A stretch of DNA of 64,000 nt from Eledone cirrhosa (GCA_964016885.1 OZ024760.1:248001-312000); one strand, 5' to 3'; positions 40,679-54,326 are shown, counted from the first letter of the stretch. The notes: generated from the sequence alone by a model not told the origin. A program made the numbers and translations.

Positions 40679-40915
40679 AAAGAATAACATGACGAAGTTT
40701 CACATGAATGTTTTATTGATTAAAACCAGTTAAGAACGTTTCACAGATAATTGGCTCAAGGTCCATACTTGATTAACAAGTCTGATGAGCAGATTGATGC
40801 TGGTGTCAGGTCTATAACACAAATATGGATCTCGTGCCAAACATCTGTGAAACCTAAGTAAATAGATTTAATCAATAAAATTATTCATGTGAATCTTAGA
40901 CACGTTATTCTTTAT
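40679..40915. repeat. Diverged ~235-bp inverted repeat (old fold-back element or MITE)
   Basis: AAGAATAAC/GTTATTCTT, TTCACATGAAT/ATTCATGTGAA, TTTTATTGATTAAA/TTTAATCAATAAAA and TTTCACAGAT/ATCTGTGAAA pair symmetrically. Confidence 0.7.
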
Positions 40916-41153
40916 AAATATATAAACTTAGCAACAAACATAGCAAAAATAAAACATATAGATTACCATGGAGTTCTGTGCCCTTTGTTTGTATATTTAC
41001 ATTTAAAAAATAATTTTTTTTAAGGTTCCCCCTTAAAAAATTGTTTTCCGTTTCGTTTTGTTTTGTTTTGATTCCATTCGTTGTCTTGTCCTTTCGTTGT
41101 TAATTTCTTAAGTTCATCTGCTTATATGGCGAACGTGTTTTACTCTTCTCTCT

Positions 41154-41221
<68 letters not shown>

Positions 41222-41721
41222 TTAATACAATAACAGAGATAGTTTAAAGCTAAACTCTGACTGGTAACCATCTCACTCAACAAACATTAGGTTATATTAA
41301 AATATAAACCCAATTTAAGTGTTTGGGGTACTAACAATATGTATAATGTGGAAAAACCAGTTGTATTATTTTATGAGATATAATTAAAGTTAAAGTATAT
41401 CTCTCTTTCCAAACAATTGTTTCATTATAAGTTTTCTACAAGTTTGGGAGAATGTTTCCAGTTTATGTAGAAGCCTAATATATATTCATCTAAGAATATA
41501 TTTAGGTGGGCACTTATAAATCATCAGTGGAAGCCCATTAAACATTGATATAAGAAAACAAATTTCTTACCGCTGTCAAAAATCATGTCCGTAAAGTAGC
41601 TCTCTCTCGCCTCGAATGACCGCCAAATTTGAAATTCCAGCAGTTTTTGACTGAGGAAGTATCATAGCGACACGAAGCGGGAAGGGGAGACAACTCACGA
41701 AATGAGGAAAAAAATAATATA

Positions 41722-41774
<53 letters not shown>

Positions 41775-42120
41775 AAGGTTAAACAAGGTTCAATGAATAA
41801 ATCAAAGAATGAGTTTTACAATAGATTGGAAGCACTCAACAGTTATGGTTTTCCGGAGTTGTTAATATTAATTCAAAATATTAACAAAAATAGACATTCA
41901 TATGATCAAGTATATTTTATTATACATATTTCAGAGGTACTGAAATATATATATATATATATTGTATTAGGATTGGTGCTCTGAAATAGCGATGTATACA
42001 TGAATGAATGTATAGTATATTTGGCAATATACTGTATGTTTAATTAAAATCATTTTGAAGACCTTACACTATCATTTTTAAAGTAGTGACTGTCACTTAC
42101 TTCTTTTCGGCGAAAGAAGG

Positions 42121-42184
<64 letters not shown>

Positions 42185-42237
42185 ATATTATATATATATA
42201 TATTATATATATATTATATATATTATATATATATATT

Positions 42238-42422
42238 TGTTTCTACTTTAGGCACAAGGCCAGCAATTACCAGTGCATTACTGGTACTTTATTTTATCGA
42301 CCCCGTAAGGATGAAAGGCAAAGTCAACCTCGGCGGGATTTGAACTCAGATGGTAAAGGGACGTAACTATGCTGGAAAGCATGGCGTCCGACCCTCTACC
42401 GATACTGCCAATCCACCGCCCT
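42238..42422 (-). mobile_element. tRNA-derived SINE family 1, full length
   Basis: Reverse complement of the family consensus, inserted in a TA-rich array. Confidence 0.88.
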
Positions 42423-43329
42423 ATATTATATATATTATATATATATATTATATATATATTATATTATATATATATATATATATTATATTATATATATTAT
42501 ATTATATTATATATATATATTATATATATATATTATATATATATATATTATATATATATATTATATTATATATATATATTATATATATTATATTATATAT
42601 ATATATTATATTATATTATATATATATATATTATATATATATATTATGTATATATATTATATATATATTATATATATTATATTATATATATATATTATAT
42701 TATATTATATATATATATTATATATATATATTATGTATATATATTATATATATATTATGTATATATATTATATATATATATTATATATATATTATATATA
42801 TTTATATATGCCTATACATATGATATACATACATCTATATATTATATGTGTGTGCATGTGTGTCTATGTATATATTTCTGTATGTACGTCTTTGATACAT
42901 ATTCCACTAGACGCAGTCTCAGAGCTGGAAAGTCTATTAACCTGATTTCAACATTACGATTTACTTATGTAAGACTGACAAGAATTGGAGTTGGTGAGGT
43001 TAGATTACTTTTCACATTTCTATACTAACTTAAGGTCTAACTAATGTCTAAATAAGAAACAGTTAGACATTCTTATATACTATGCTATTCACTATCGTTG
43101 CTGTGGCGTACAGTAGAAACTTCGTTATGTATTCCACCCAATATGGCTTGCCTAAGTGAAATCTGTGTTATTTTTGTAGGTACTTTTTTCGTAAATGTTA
43201 CCAACTATCTTATTTATTTTGCGACTCATTAATTCGCCTCGATTCGTAGTTTGAAAACCCTGGTGTGTATGTACTTCACTATACATTATATATTCATAGT
43301 AGGTTGTGTAGTTTTTCTAGCGCATTCAG

Positions 43330-43490
43330 GGTCGGACGTCATGCTTTGACTCATAGAATTACGGCCCTTTCCATTCTGAGTTCAAATCCCGCCGAGATCA
43401 ACTTTGTCTTTCATCCTTACGGGATCGATAAAATAATGTACCAGTTATGTACTGGGTAATTGCTGGCCTTCTGCCTAAAGTAGAAACAAT
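43330..43490 (+). mobile_element. tRNA-derived SINE family 1
   Basis: GAGTTCAAATCCCGCCGAG...GTAGAAACAATTAT. Confidence 0.85.
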
Positions 43491-43600
43491 TATATTATAT
43501 ATTATACTATATATGCACACTAGATTATGTGGCTATCACTAAGACTATACTAACTTACGGTCTAATTATGCTACACTATATATTATTCTATGCTCTACAC

Positions 43601-44021
43601 CAGGCATGTCAAACTGAGCGTCTCCCGAGGGCCACATGGGTGACATATGTGTTGTCTGAGGGCCACATGGGTGACATATGTGTTATCTGAGGGCCACATG
43701 GGTGACATATGTGTTGTCTGAGGGCCACATGGGTGACATGTGTTGTCTGAGCGCCACATGGGTGACATATGTGTTGTCTGAGGGCCACATGGGTCACATA
43801 TGTGTTGTCTGAGGGCCACATGGGTCACATATGTGTTGTCTGAGGGCCACATGGGTGACATATGTGTTGTATGAGGGCCACACAAGACAACTAATTGCGC
43901 ACATTACAACTAATATTTTTTATTTTATATTACGCTCGCGCTGTAAAAACCTTTGTTCGGGCCGCAGGTGTGGTTGTAAATAGCCGCATGCGGCCCGCGG
44001 GTCGCTTGTTTGCCATACCTG
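43601..44021. mobile_element. Non-autonomous hAT (Charlie-like) DNA transposon/MITE
   Basis: TIRs CAGGCATGTCAAAC / GTTTGCCATACCTG and a perfect 8-bp TSD CTCTACAC (43593-43600, 44022-44029). Confidence 0.9.
43627..43882. repeat. 31-bp tandem repeat, about 8 copies, inside the hAT MITE
   Basis: Unit GAGGGCCACATGGGTGACATATGTGTTGTCT. Confidence 0.93.
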
Positions 44022-44135
44022 CTCTACACTATATATTATACTGGATATTATACTAGATACTATGATATATTATGTAGTTATTTAAAATCTCTTAAATAAT
44101 GCTTTCTTTATTCTTTATTATTTATCTCTTAAATA

Positions 44136-44320
44136 ATTGTTTCTACTTTTGGCACATGGCCAGCAATTACCCAGTACCTTACTGGTACTTTATTTTATCT
44201 ACCCCGTTAGAATGAAAGGCAAAGTTAACCTTGGCGGGATTTGAGCTCAGACCGTAAAGGGACGTAACTATGCTGGAAAGCATGGCGTCCGACCTTCTAC
44301 TGATACTGCCAATCCCCCGC
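44136..44320 (-). mobile_element. tRNA-derived SINE family 1
   Basis: Reverse complement of the family consensus. Confidence 0.85.
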
Positions 44321-44399
44321 AATGAAAGCTATACCCATTTTCACAAGAGAAGGCATCTCTCACCCACCCCAAAGTGGGTGGAAGACCTCCCCGTCGGAC

Positions 44400-44800
44400 G
44401 GGAAAGGTTGACAGGTCTGATGCCATCTGTATCGTCGTATCTCGGCTGACAGGATGGAGAAGAGATTGTCCCTAGAGGACGGCGAGGGATATGCGCTGGA
44501 ACAGCCACTCCACCTCACTGAGCTCGCATCAGCGGGCTGCCAACCCCCCTCCGATATCAGTGAGCAGGGGTGTGGTTTGGAGAATGCCGGAACTCCCCAC
44601 TGCTCCAGGCTCCATCAGAAACCTATCAGAGAACCACCGATATTCATCATCTATGAATCTATGTATGGTTCCTTAACTCAGTGTGGAATCGCAGAGGTAT
44701 CGTAGTGACACAGAAACCCAGGTGGAATCGATCTCCACACCAGATCTGAACGAAGCTGATTTCTTCCAGTCAATGACCGAAAGAGAGGGAGAGAAGGTGA
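44400..44800 (+). pseudogene. Possible decayed RTE-like LINE C-terminal fragment
   Basis: Frameshifted MRWNSHST...HCSRL...IFIIYESMYG loosely resembles RTE C-termini. Confidence 0.3.
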
Positions 44801-44899
44801 AGAAGGATCGACAGAAGTACAGGAACTGCTACTTTTTATATCGACCTCGAAGGGATGAAAGACAAAGTTGACATCGGCGGGATTTGAATTCAGTGTGTA

Positions 44900-45475
44900 G
44901 AGAATCGCTGGACAGATTTTACGGGCAAAACTAACCGGCAAGAGACCAAGCTCAAATACTATGGACATGTAGTTAGAATGTCTCAGGAAAGAATAGCTAG
45001 ACATATTTGTAACTCGGAGATCAGAGAGTCACTCCAGGTAGAGCCACTACTTCTCTGAATTGAGAGATCACAGCTCTGATACTATGGGCATGTGGTTAGA
45101 ATGTCTCAGGAAAGAATCACTGGACAGATTTGTAACTCGGAGATCAGAGAGTCACTCCAGGTAGAGCCACTACTTCACTGAATTGAGAGATTACAGCTCC
45201 AATACTATGGGCATGTGGTTAGAATGTCTTAGGAAATAATCGCTGGACAGATTTTACGGGCAAAACCAACCGGCAAGAGACCCAGTGGTTGACCTCGAGC
45301 AAGATGGTTGGATAACATCCATGAGAAAGGCTGGCCAGGCTTGGGGATCCAGCCTGGTCAGTTGGAGACGGTTGCTTTTGACAGGACCCACTGGAGGAAG
45401 TGTTTGAAGATTCTGTCCCCACGACCCTCTCAGGAATAAATGGGAGGAGAAGAAGAAGAAGAAGAAAACGAAGAA
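44900..45475 (+). mobile_element. RTE-clade LINE 3' end with internal ~122-bp tandem duplications and a (GAA)n tail
   Basis: The reconstructed reading NSEIRESLQVEPLL.IERSQL.YYGHVVRMSQER...PTGKRP.G.PRARWLDNI is typical of the RTE C-terminus. Confidence 0.8.
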
Positions 45476-45815
45476 CGTTGTAACGTCTCTGCCAAACTCG
45501 CCCCATAGTACACTATTCACTATACTGTTTTATACTATTCTGTATGTGTTGTATATCTCTGTCAGGGACTAATCCTTGGTGGGGCACCCGGAGTTATTGT
45601 TTATAGTAGCAAAAACAGAAAACAAAAACGTCGGAAGTCGGGGTCACTTACAATATATATATGAACATACATGCATTCACACACACACACACACGTGTGT
45701 GTGTGTGTGTGTGTATTTGTACATTCACATGTATATATATATATATATGAATAAACATATATATATATACACATGAATATATATATATGAATAAATATAT
45801 ATATATATATACACA

Positions 45816-45874
<59 letters not shown>

Positions 45875-45893
45875 GAATATATATATATACACA

Positions 45894-45956
<63 letters not shown>

Positions 45957-45975
45957 GAATATATATATATACACA

Positions 45976-46075
<100 letters not shown>

Positions 46076-46203
46076 AAAGTTCTATTTAAATTGTTGGGAT
46101 ACAACAAGCAAATATTTTTTATAACTGATATAAAGCACTCGACAAGTATTTGGAGTAGATATACGATATTAACAAATGGAAACTATATTTATAAAACCAT
46201 ATT

Positions 46204-46268
46204 TATTTCATTATACATATTTCAAGGATACCAAGTTAAATTATGGTATGCCTTCATCAGACAAAATA
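46204..46268 (-). ncRNA. Minimal type I hammerhead ribozyme (left arm)
   Basis: Reverse complement of 46423-46487. Confidence 0.75.
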
Positions 46269-46422
46269 CAATATATACCAGTTTTATAAATAAACATTGA
46301 CGTACCCTTTCAAAATGCGACCATTACTTTTGGACGACATCAGGATAGTGATGTCGTCCAAAAGTAATGGTCGCATTTTGAAAGGGTACGTCAATGTTTA
46401 TTTATAAAACTGGTATATATTG

Positions 46423-46487
46423 TATTTTGTCTGATGAAGGCATACCATAATTTAACTTGGTATCCTTGAAATATGTATAATGAAATA
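46423..46487 (+). ncRNA. Minimal type I hammerhead ribozyme (right arm)
   Basis: Stem I TATTTTGT/ATGAAATA; core CTGATGA; stem II AGGCATACCA/TGGTATCCTT; GAAA; short stem III T-ATGT-A; cleavage triplet AUA. Confidence 0.78.
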
Positions 46488-46617
46488 AATATGGTTTTAT
46501 AAATATAGTTTCCATTTGTTAATATCGTATATATATATATATATATATGTGTGTGCGTGTGTGTATACCGGGTTATATATATATGATATATGAATGCATA
46601 TTTATGCATGCATATAT

Positions 46618-46660
<43 letters not shown>

Positions 46661-46988
46661 TCTGTACATAACATAAACCTACATACATAGGCTGCCGGCC
46701 TGCTTGGAATGCTGGAGGTTATGTGAACAGGAAAGATGCTGGTCCGTAGGGGGCAATTAAATGGTAGAAATGATGGAATTCCTGTTTCTGTTGAATCAGC
46801 CAACATAGTGAGTTGAAGTGTTTGGAGTTGTGTATGTGTGTGAGGGAACAGCTCTGGCTGGAATTTCCCAGATCGTCAGTGGCTGGCTGGTTGGCTGGCT
46901 GGGTAGCAGCCCCACCCTATTACTGCTGCTGCTGCTGCTACTACTACTACCACCACCACCACCACCACCACCACCACCACTACTACTA

Positions 46989-47072
<84 letters not shown>

Positions 47073-47394
47073 GTACTACCACCACCAGTACTACTACTAC
47101 TACATTCCATTCTTTCTTCTCAATCTAAATTTTTTTTTTTTTTTTAAATTACACTATTTACATGACAATATATAAACAACCACCCGGGGACACCAGAAGT
47201 TTCCATTGCTAGAGACTCGACTGCAAACCTGCCGGAGGAGGCCGTCTTTTGGTGCTGTCAAACCATAGTGATGTCGACGACATTTTAGAAAATATAGATA
47301 GGAGTGTTTTCATTACAGATGTACATTTCAAGCTTATTGTTTCATCCCAGCCGAGTGCAACAGACCTGAAATTATTATTTTTCTTCCTAAAATA

Positions 47395-48090
47395 ATGGTT
47401 TCTACTATAAGCACAAGGCCAACGATTTTGGGGGAGGTGAAATTCGATTAAATCAACCTCAGTGCATTACTGGTGCTTTATTTTATCGACCCCGTAAGAA
47501 TGAAAGGCAAAGCTAACATCGGCGGGATTCGAACTCAGATCATAAAGGGGCGTAACTCTATGCTGCAAAGCATGGTATCTGGTGATCTACCAATACTGCC
47601 AATCCACCTAAAATAATTGTTTCTACTTTTGGCACAAGGCCAGCAATTATCCCAGTGCATTACTGGTACTTTATTTCATCGACCCCGGAAGGATGAAAGG
47701 CAAAATTAACCTCGGCGGGATTTGAACTCAGAATATGAACGGCCATCATTCTATGCTCCAAAGCATGGCGTCCGACCCTCTCCCGTTACTGCCAATCCAA
47801 CTAAAATAATGTCACAGTTTTGTAATTATATATGTAAGGGAATCATTCTGTCATTTCCATAACAGAAGTCCGATGAGTTTTGATTCCAGATTCGGGCCCA
47901 ATCTATACAAATCGAAGCTTGAGCTGATTTACATTCTGAATTCAAATCCCGCCGTGGTTAGCTTTGCTTTGCTTTTCATCCTTACAGGATCGACAAAATA
48001 AAGTATCAGTAATGTTATGGGGCTGATTTAATCGACTTTCCTCCTCACTCTCTTCAGATTGCTGGCTTTGTGCCTAAAGCAGAAACCATT
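47395..48090. mobile_element. Three family-1 SINEs (47395-47610 minus, 47615-47800 minus, 47933-48090 plus)
   Basis: Family consensus motifs. Confidence 0.82.
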
Positions 48091-48289
48091 ATTTATTGAG
48101 TGCTGTTGTTGTTGTTGTTATTGTTATTAGCGCGTAAAGACGTGTCTTGAAGCGAAGACCCTGTTTTAGTTGTTAACTTAATGTTTACTTTGTCTGACGT
48201 GGCTGTTAGCTCTGTTGTGTTTGACAATAGTTAAAGAGAAGAGCAATTATGATAACAGTATTGCTGTGTACAGAGGGTGGATAATGATT

Positions 48290-49812
48290 GCAACAACTGC
48301 AGAAACAACAACAACAACAACTGTAACAACAACAACTGCAACAAGAACAGCAAAAACAACCGCAACAGCAGTAACAATTGCAATAACAAAAAACTGCCAC
48401 AACAACTACAACTGCAACAAGAATATAAAAAAAAACAACTACAACAAGAATAGCAGCAGCAACAACAACAACAACTGCAACAACAACAGCATCTACAACT
48501 GTAAAAACAACAACAACAACTGCAACAAGAATAGCAAAAACAACTGCAACAATAACAAAAACTGCCACAACAACAACTGCAACAAGAATATAAAAAACAA
48601 ACAACTACAACAAGAATAGCAGCAACAACTGCAACAAGAATATCAAAAACAACAATAACAACAGTAACTGCAGTAACAATTGCAATAATAACAACTGCAA
48701 CAACACCAAAATCAATAACAAAAACTGCAAAAACAACAGTAACAACAACAACTGTAGCAAAAACAACTGCAACAATAACAACTGCAACAATAACAGCAAC
48801 TGCAACAAGAATTAGTAAACAAAAAAAAAACTGCAACAACATCGACAGTAGTAAAAACTGCAACATCATCATCATCATCATCAACATCATAAACAACTAC
48901 AGCTACAACAGTAACAACAACAACATACGTAACAATATCAACAGCTGCAGCAACAAAAACAACAGCTGCATCAAGAATAGTAACAACAACTGCAAATACG
49001 GTAACAATAGCAACAGCTGCAGCAACAATAACACCAACAGCAACAGCAGTAATAATGGCAACAGCTGCAGCAGCAATAACACCGACAGCAACAGCAGTAA
49101 TAATGGCAACAGCTGCAGCAGCAATGACACCGACAGCAACCTCGGCAGTAAGAACAACAATAACTGCAACAGCAACAGTGGTAACGACAATAACAACAAT
49201 AAGAATAAGAACAGCAATAATAACAACTGCAGCAGCAGCAACAACAACAGTAACACCAACAACCCCACCACCAACAATAACAACAGCAACACCTCCACAA
49301 ACAAGCCCGCCACTACCAGTAACACCACCACCACCAACAACAACAGTAACACCATCACCACCAACAACAACAGTAACACCATCACCACCAACAACATAAC
49401 CAAGTCCGCCACCACCACAACAAGACCAACATCAGCAACACCTCCACAACCAAGTCCGCCACCACCACTACCAGTACCACCACCACCGCCACCACCACCA
49501 ACAGCCACCACCACAAGACCACCACCACCACCACCACCACCACAACAAGACCACCACCACCACCAACAGCCACCACCACAAGACCACCACCACCACCACG
49601 ACCAACAGCTACCACCACAAGACCACCACCACCACCACCACCACAAGACCACCACCAACAGCCACCACCACAAGACCACCACCACCACCACCACCACCAC
49701 CACAAGACCTCCACCACCACCACCGCCACCAACAGCTACCACCACAAGACCTCCACCACCACCACCACAAGACCACCAACAGCACCACCACCACCACCAC
49801 AAGACCACCACC

Positions 49813-49843
<31 letters not shown>

Positions 49844-50520
49844 CAAGACCACCACCACCACCACCACCACCACCACCAACAGCTACCACCACAAGACCTC
49901 CACCACCACCACCACCACAAGACCACCACCACCACCACCACCAACAGCCACCACCACATGACCACCACCACCACCACCACAAGACCACCACCACCACCAC
50001 CACCAACAGCCACCACCACATGACCACCACCACCACCACCACAAGACCACCACCACCACCACAAGACCACCACCACCACCACCACAAGACCACCACCACC
50101 ACAAGACCACCACCACCACCACCACCACCAACAGCCACCACCACATGACCACCACCACAAGACCACCACCACCACCACCACAAGACGACCACCACCACCA
50201 ACAGCTACCACCACAATACCTCCACCACCACCACCACCACCACCACAAGACCACCACCACCACCACCACAAGACCACCACCACCACCACAAGACCACCAC
50301 CACAAGACCACCACCACCACCACCACAAGACCACCACCACCACCACCACCAACAGCCACCACCACAAGACCACCACCACCACCACCACCAACAGCCACCA
50401 CCACAAGACCACTACCACCACCACAAGACCACCACCACCACCACCACCACCACCACCACCACCACCAACAACAACAGTAACACCCCAAACAATGACACTG
50501 ACAGTTGTAACAACAGCAGG
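48290..50520. repeat. (CAA)n grading into (CCA)n low-complexity array with ACAAGACC anchors
   Basis: Read directly. Confidence 0.9.
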
Positions 50521-50634
50521 AAGAGATATAGCAGCGACAGCTGCACATATGCACAGCTGCACATATGCACAGCTGCATAACGACATAACTGCAATAATGG
50601 AAGAAATATGTATGTAGGTACTAAATATAAGAAT

Positions 50635-51245
50635 GGTTTCTGAGTTAAGCACAAGGCCAGCAAATACTCAGTATATTACTGGTACTTTATTTTATCGACC
50701 CCGTAAGGATGAAAAGCAAAGTTAACCTCGGCAGGATTTGAACTTAGACCGTAAAGGGACATAACTCTATGCTGGAAAGCATTAAATACAATATTGGTTT
50801 CTGATATAGGCACATGGCCAACAATATTTGGAGGAGGGAAAATTCGATTAAATCGACCCCAGTACGTTACTGGTACTTTATTTTATCGACCCCGTATGGA
50901 TGAATGGTAAAGTTAACTTCGGTGGGATTTGAATGTAGAGACAACGTATACCGCGAAACACTTGTCCATCTCTCTACCGATTCTGCCCACTCACATCCCT
51001 AGAATAAAACAAAATGATTTCTAAATAAGACACAAGGCCAGTATTCTGGGGAGGATAGAATCAATTAAATCGATCTCTTACTCCCTCTCGAAGTACTTGA
51101 CCTATACTTTATTTTATTTTATTGACCTCGGTAGGATGAAAAGCAAATATGGCTCCGGTGGGATTTGAATCAGAATGTAGTAAGTCTTTACTAAATACCG
51201 CAAAATATTTTGTCTGACTGTCTATTGACTTAGGCAATTCGTCCT
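50635..51245 (-). mobile_element. Three tandem family-1 SINE copies
   Basis: Reverse-complement consensus motifs at about 50635, 50795 and 51015. Confidence 0.8.
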
Positions 51246-51268
51246 CTTATATCTATCTATGTATCTAT

Positions 51269-51510
51269 TTGGCCCGAGTATAACCTATAGGCTGAAGAGG
51301 ACAAAAGAAGGAAGACGCTAACACCTACAAAACTTGCTACTGGTGTTGAGGGTTGTTCTATCTATAAAACAACCCCGCAGAAACGTTCCCCCTATTGAGG
51401 ATTTCGATTGTTTAATTTTCATGATTATAACTTCTTTACACGAGTTTATGTGAAACCCCTGTCTTGTAATGTCCCATTTCTTGTGCTCTCTTGTGGCAAA
51501 TAAAAAAACA
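51269..51510 (+). mobile_element. Diverged Tx1 3'-end fragment A
   Basis: Ends TGTAATGTCCC...TGTGGCAAATAAA like the full-length copies, with TATC repeats on both sides. Confidence 0.75.
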
Positions 51511-51540
51511 TATTTATCTATCTATCTATCTATCCATCCA

Positions 51541-52266
51541 GTTGTCAGCCGAGTCCATCGTGAGGATCACCCCGCCGCCTTCATTTAAGAATGAAGGAGA
51601 GGCGGTTTTCCTCTGTCTGGTGGCTATGGCGAAAGAGGTAATAAGGACTGAGGGCAAACACCTTTCTCTCCGGACAACAACTCATCCGCTTCTTTAAGTA
51701 TCACTTCAGAAGGAAGGTGAAAGTGGAGAGAGAGGTGCTACACCCCAGTAAATTCGCTGAAAGGTGGGTGAATGTGGCGAAAATGGCCCAAGTGAAGGGG
51801 CCTTCTCTGTATATAAACCTGTAAGTTGAGGAAAATAAACAGGGAAGACAGGAACATCTACAAAACGTGTTCCTGGTGTTGAGGGTTTTTCTATCCACGG
51901 GGTGTAAAACAACCCCGCAGTAACGTTCCCTTCCATTGGGGGTTTCGATTGTTTATTTCATATATAGTTTATTGTTATTCATTAGTGGATTGGCAGTATC
52001 GGTAGAGGGTCGGACGCCATGCTTTGACCCATAGAGTTACGGCCCTTGCCATTCTGAGTTCAAATCCCGCCGAGGTTAACTTTGCTTTTCATCCTTACGG
52101 GGTCGATAAAATAAAGTACCAGTAATACACTGAGTAATTGCTGGCCTTGTGCCAAAAGTAGAAACAATTATTGTTAAAGATTTTATGTAAAACCCCCGCC
52201 GTCACGTCTTGTAATGTCCCCTTTTTGTACGCCCCTGTGGCAAATAAAGAAATCTATCTATCTATC
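51541..52266 (+). mobile_element. Diverged Tx1 3'-end fragment B (ORF2 C-terminus and 3'UTR) with a nested SINE
   Basis: SAESIVRITPPPSFKNEGEAVFLCLVAMAKEV matches ORF2 TAESVVNIKPPPPFRNEAEAVFLCVIAMMKEV. Ends GGCAAATAAAGAAATCTATCTATCTATC. Confidence 0.88.
51984..52170 (+). mobile_element. Family-1 SINE nested in the Tx1 3'UTR
   Basis: Full consensus, with TTATTGTTA near both ends as a possible TSD. Confidence 0.88.
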
Positions 52267-52277
52267 ACAAATAAAGA

Positions 52278-52381
<104 letters not shown>

Positions 52382-52674
52382 CACACGCATACATACATAT
52401 GCAAACAATGAAGTTGACGAGGTGGGTGAAGTTAGTGGCCCCAGTTGATCATGAAATAATACATTAACATTGCCTCAGTGGCTGGCTATCTTCACTGATG
52501 ACAGCTGTTTATATAAGTTGAACACTGCCCTACCTTATTTCACAGTAACAGTCCCAACGTGTTGTCAGTAGAAACACAGTTACATTTCCCATCCATTTCA
52601 CCATCTTCTCCATTCTCTTCTATTCACATTTTATATACAAATTTCTTTTTATATGTCTGTATTAACGCTGGTGA

Positions 52675-52729
52675 TAGGCGGCGAATAGAGAGTCGTTAGG
52701 ACGTCGTATAGACTGCTTTGCGGTATTCT

Positions 52730-52768
<39 letters not shown>

Positions 52769-52905
52769 GTGAGTTCAAATCCCGCCGAGGCGTGTGGCTG
52801 ATTGGTTAGAGAACAGGATTCGTAAGAGTGAGGTTGTCAGTTCGATTCCTGGACCAGGCGATGCGTTATGTCCTTGAGCAATACACTTTATTTCACGTTG
52901 CTCCT
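52675..52905 (+). mobile_element. SINE head interrupted by (CT)n, followed by a family-2 SINE head
   Basis: A-box TGGCTGATTGG and B-box GTTCGATTCC, then GTCCTTGAGCAATACACTT. Confidence 0.7.
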
Positions 52906-53021
52906 TCTGCCTGGAGTTGCGACCGATAGATAGTATTAGCAGTTGGAAAGACCAACGGAAACATTGTTTCCTCGGTCCGATTTGACGAAAGTCGATCGGC
53001 AAATTCCTAAAATATTTTAAA

Positions 53022-53095
53022 TATTGGGTCGTCAAGTATGAAATTTGTAGAATTTGTTTTTTATTTCTACAAATTTCATACTTGACGGTCCAATA
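53022..53095. repeat. 74-bp hairpin with 31-bp arms, possibly a tiny mariner-type MITE
   Basis: TATTGGGTCGTCAAGTATGAAATTTGTAGAA / TTCTACAAATTTCATACTTGACGGTCCAATA. Confidence 0.8.
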
Positions 53096-53109
53096 AATTG
53101 TTGTGTATA

Positions 53110-53590
53110 GGCGGCAAGATAGGCAGAGCCGTTAGAATATTGGATAGAATGTTTTGGCGGGTCTCTGCTGTCTGAGTTCAAATCCCACCGAGGTCAGCTT
53201 TGCCTTTCATCCATTGGAGCGAGGTCGATAAAAAAAGTACCAGTCAAATACGATTTCTCCTCTATATCTCTTTCCCACTTCCATTCTCTCGCTTTCTATC
53301 TTTCCCTGGAAGAAATCTGCTGTATTCAGACCTGGAGAGAATTGGACTCCGCTAGGTTTTAAAATACCTAAGAAACGCCGTAATGTCAATACGGTGACCC
53401 TATAAATCTCCCAAGAGTTACGGGACCATGTACTAACGCCGATGGTAGACGGCGAGTTGGCACGATCGTTAGAACGTCGGATAGAATTCTTTGCGGTAAT
53501 CATTCCGGCTCTCTGAGCTCAAACCCCAACGAGATAAACTTTGCTCTCCATTTTTAAGTGATTACTGAAAAAAAAAAAATACCACTCCAG
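53110..53590 (+). mobile_element. Two older family-1 SINE copies (53110-53245, 53448-53590)
   Basis: Degenerate consensus motifs. Confidence 0.7.
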
Positions 53591-53598
53591 TACTTGCG

Positions 53599-54139
<541 letters not shown>

Positions 54140-54144
<5 letters not shown>

Positions 54145-54326
54145 AAAACAGTCAGGACCCCGACGGCTGACATGCGGCCGTTTCGACAGCTAGATCTAGC
54201 TGTCGAAACGGCCGGATCTCAGCCGTCGGAGTCCTGACTCTTTTCCTATTACCCACTCTACTACCATAAGTATCGAGTACTCTGGTGCGTTATGGTCCAC
54301 CTGGTTTCTTACCACACTTTCTTTGT
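54140..54326 (+). mobile_element. Fold-back mini-element: spacerless 110-bp palindrome plus tail
   Basis: 54140-54249 is centred on CTAGATCTAG. The tail is shared with 40470-40550. Confidence 0.8.

Noticed and set aside
43627-43882. CRISPR-like 31-bp repeats
   Set aside because: There are no spacers, the repeats are directly tandem inside a hAT MITE, and the context is eukaryotic.
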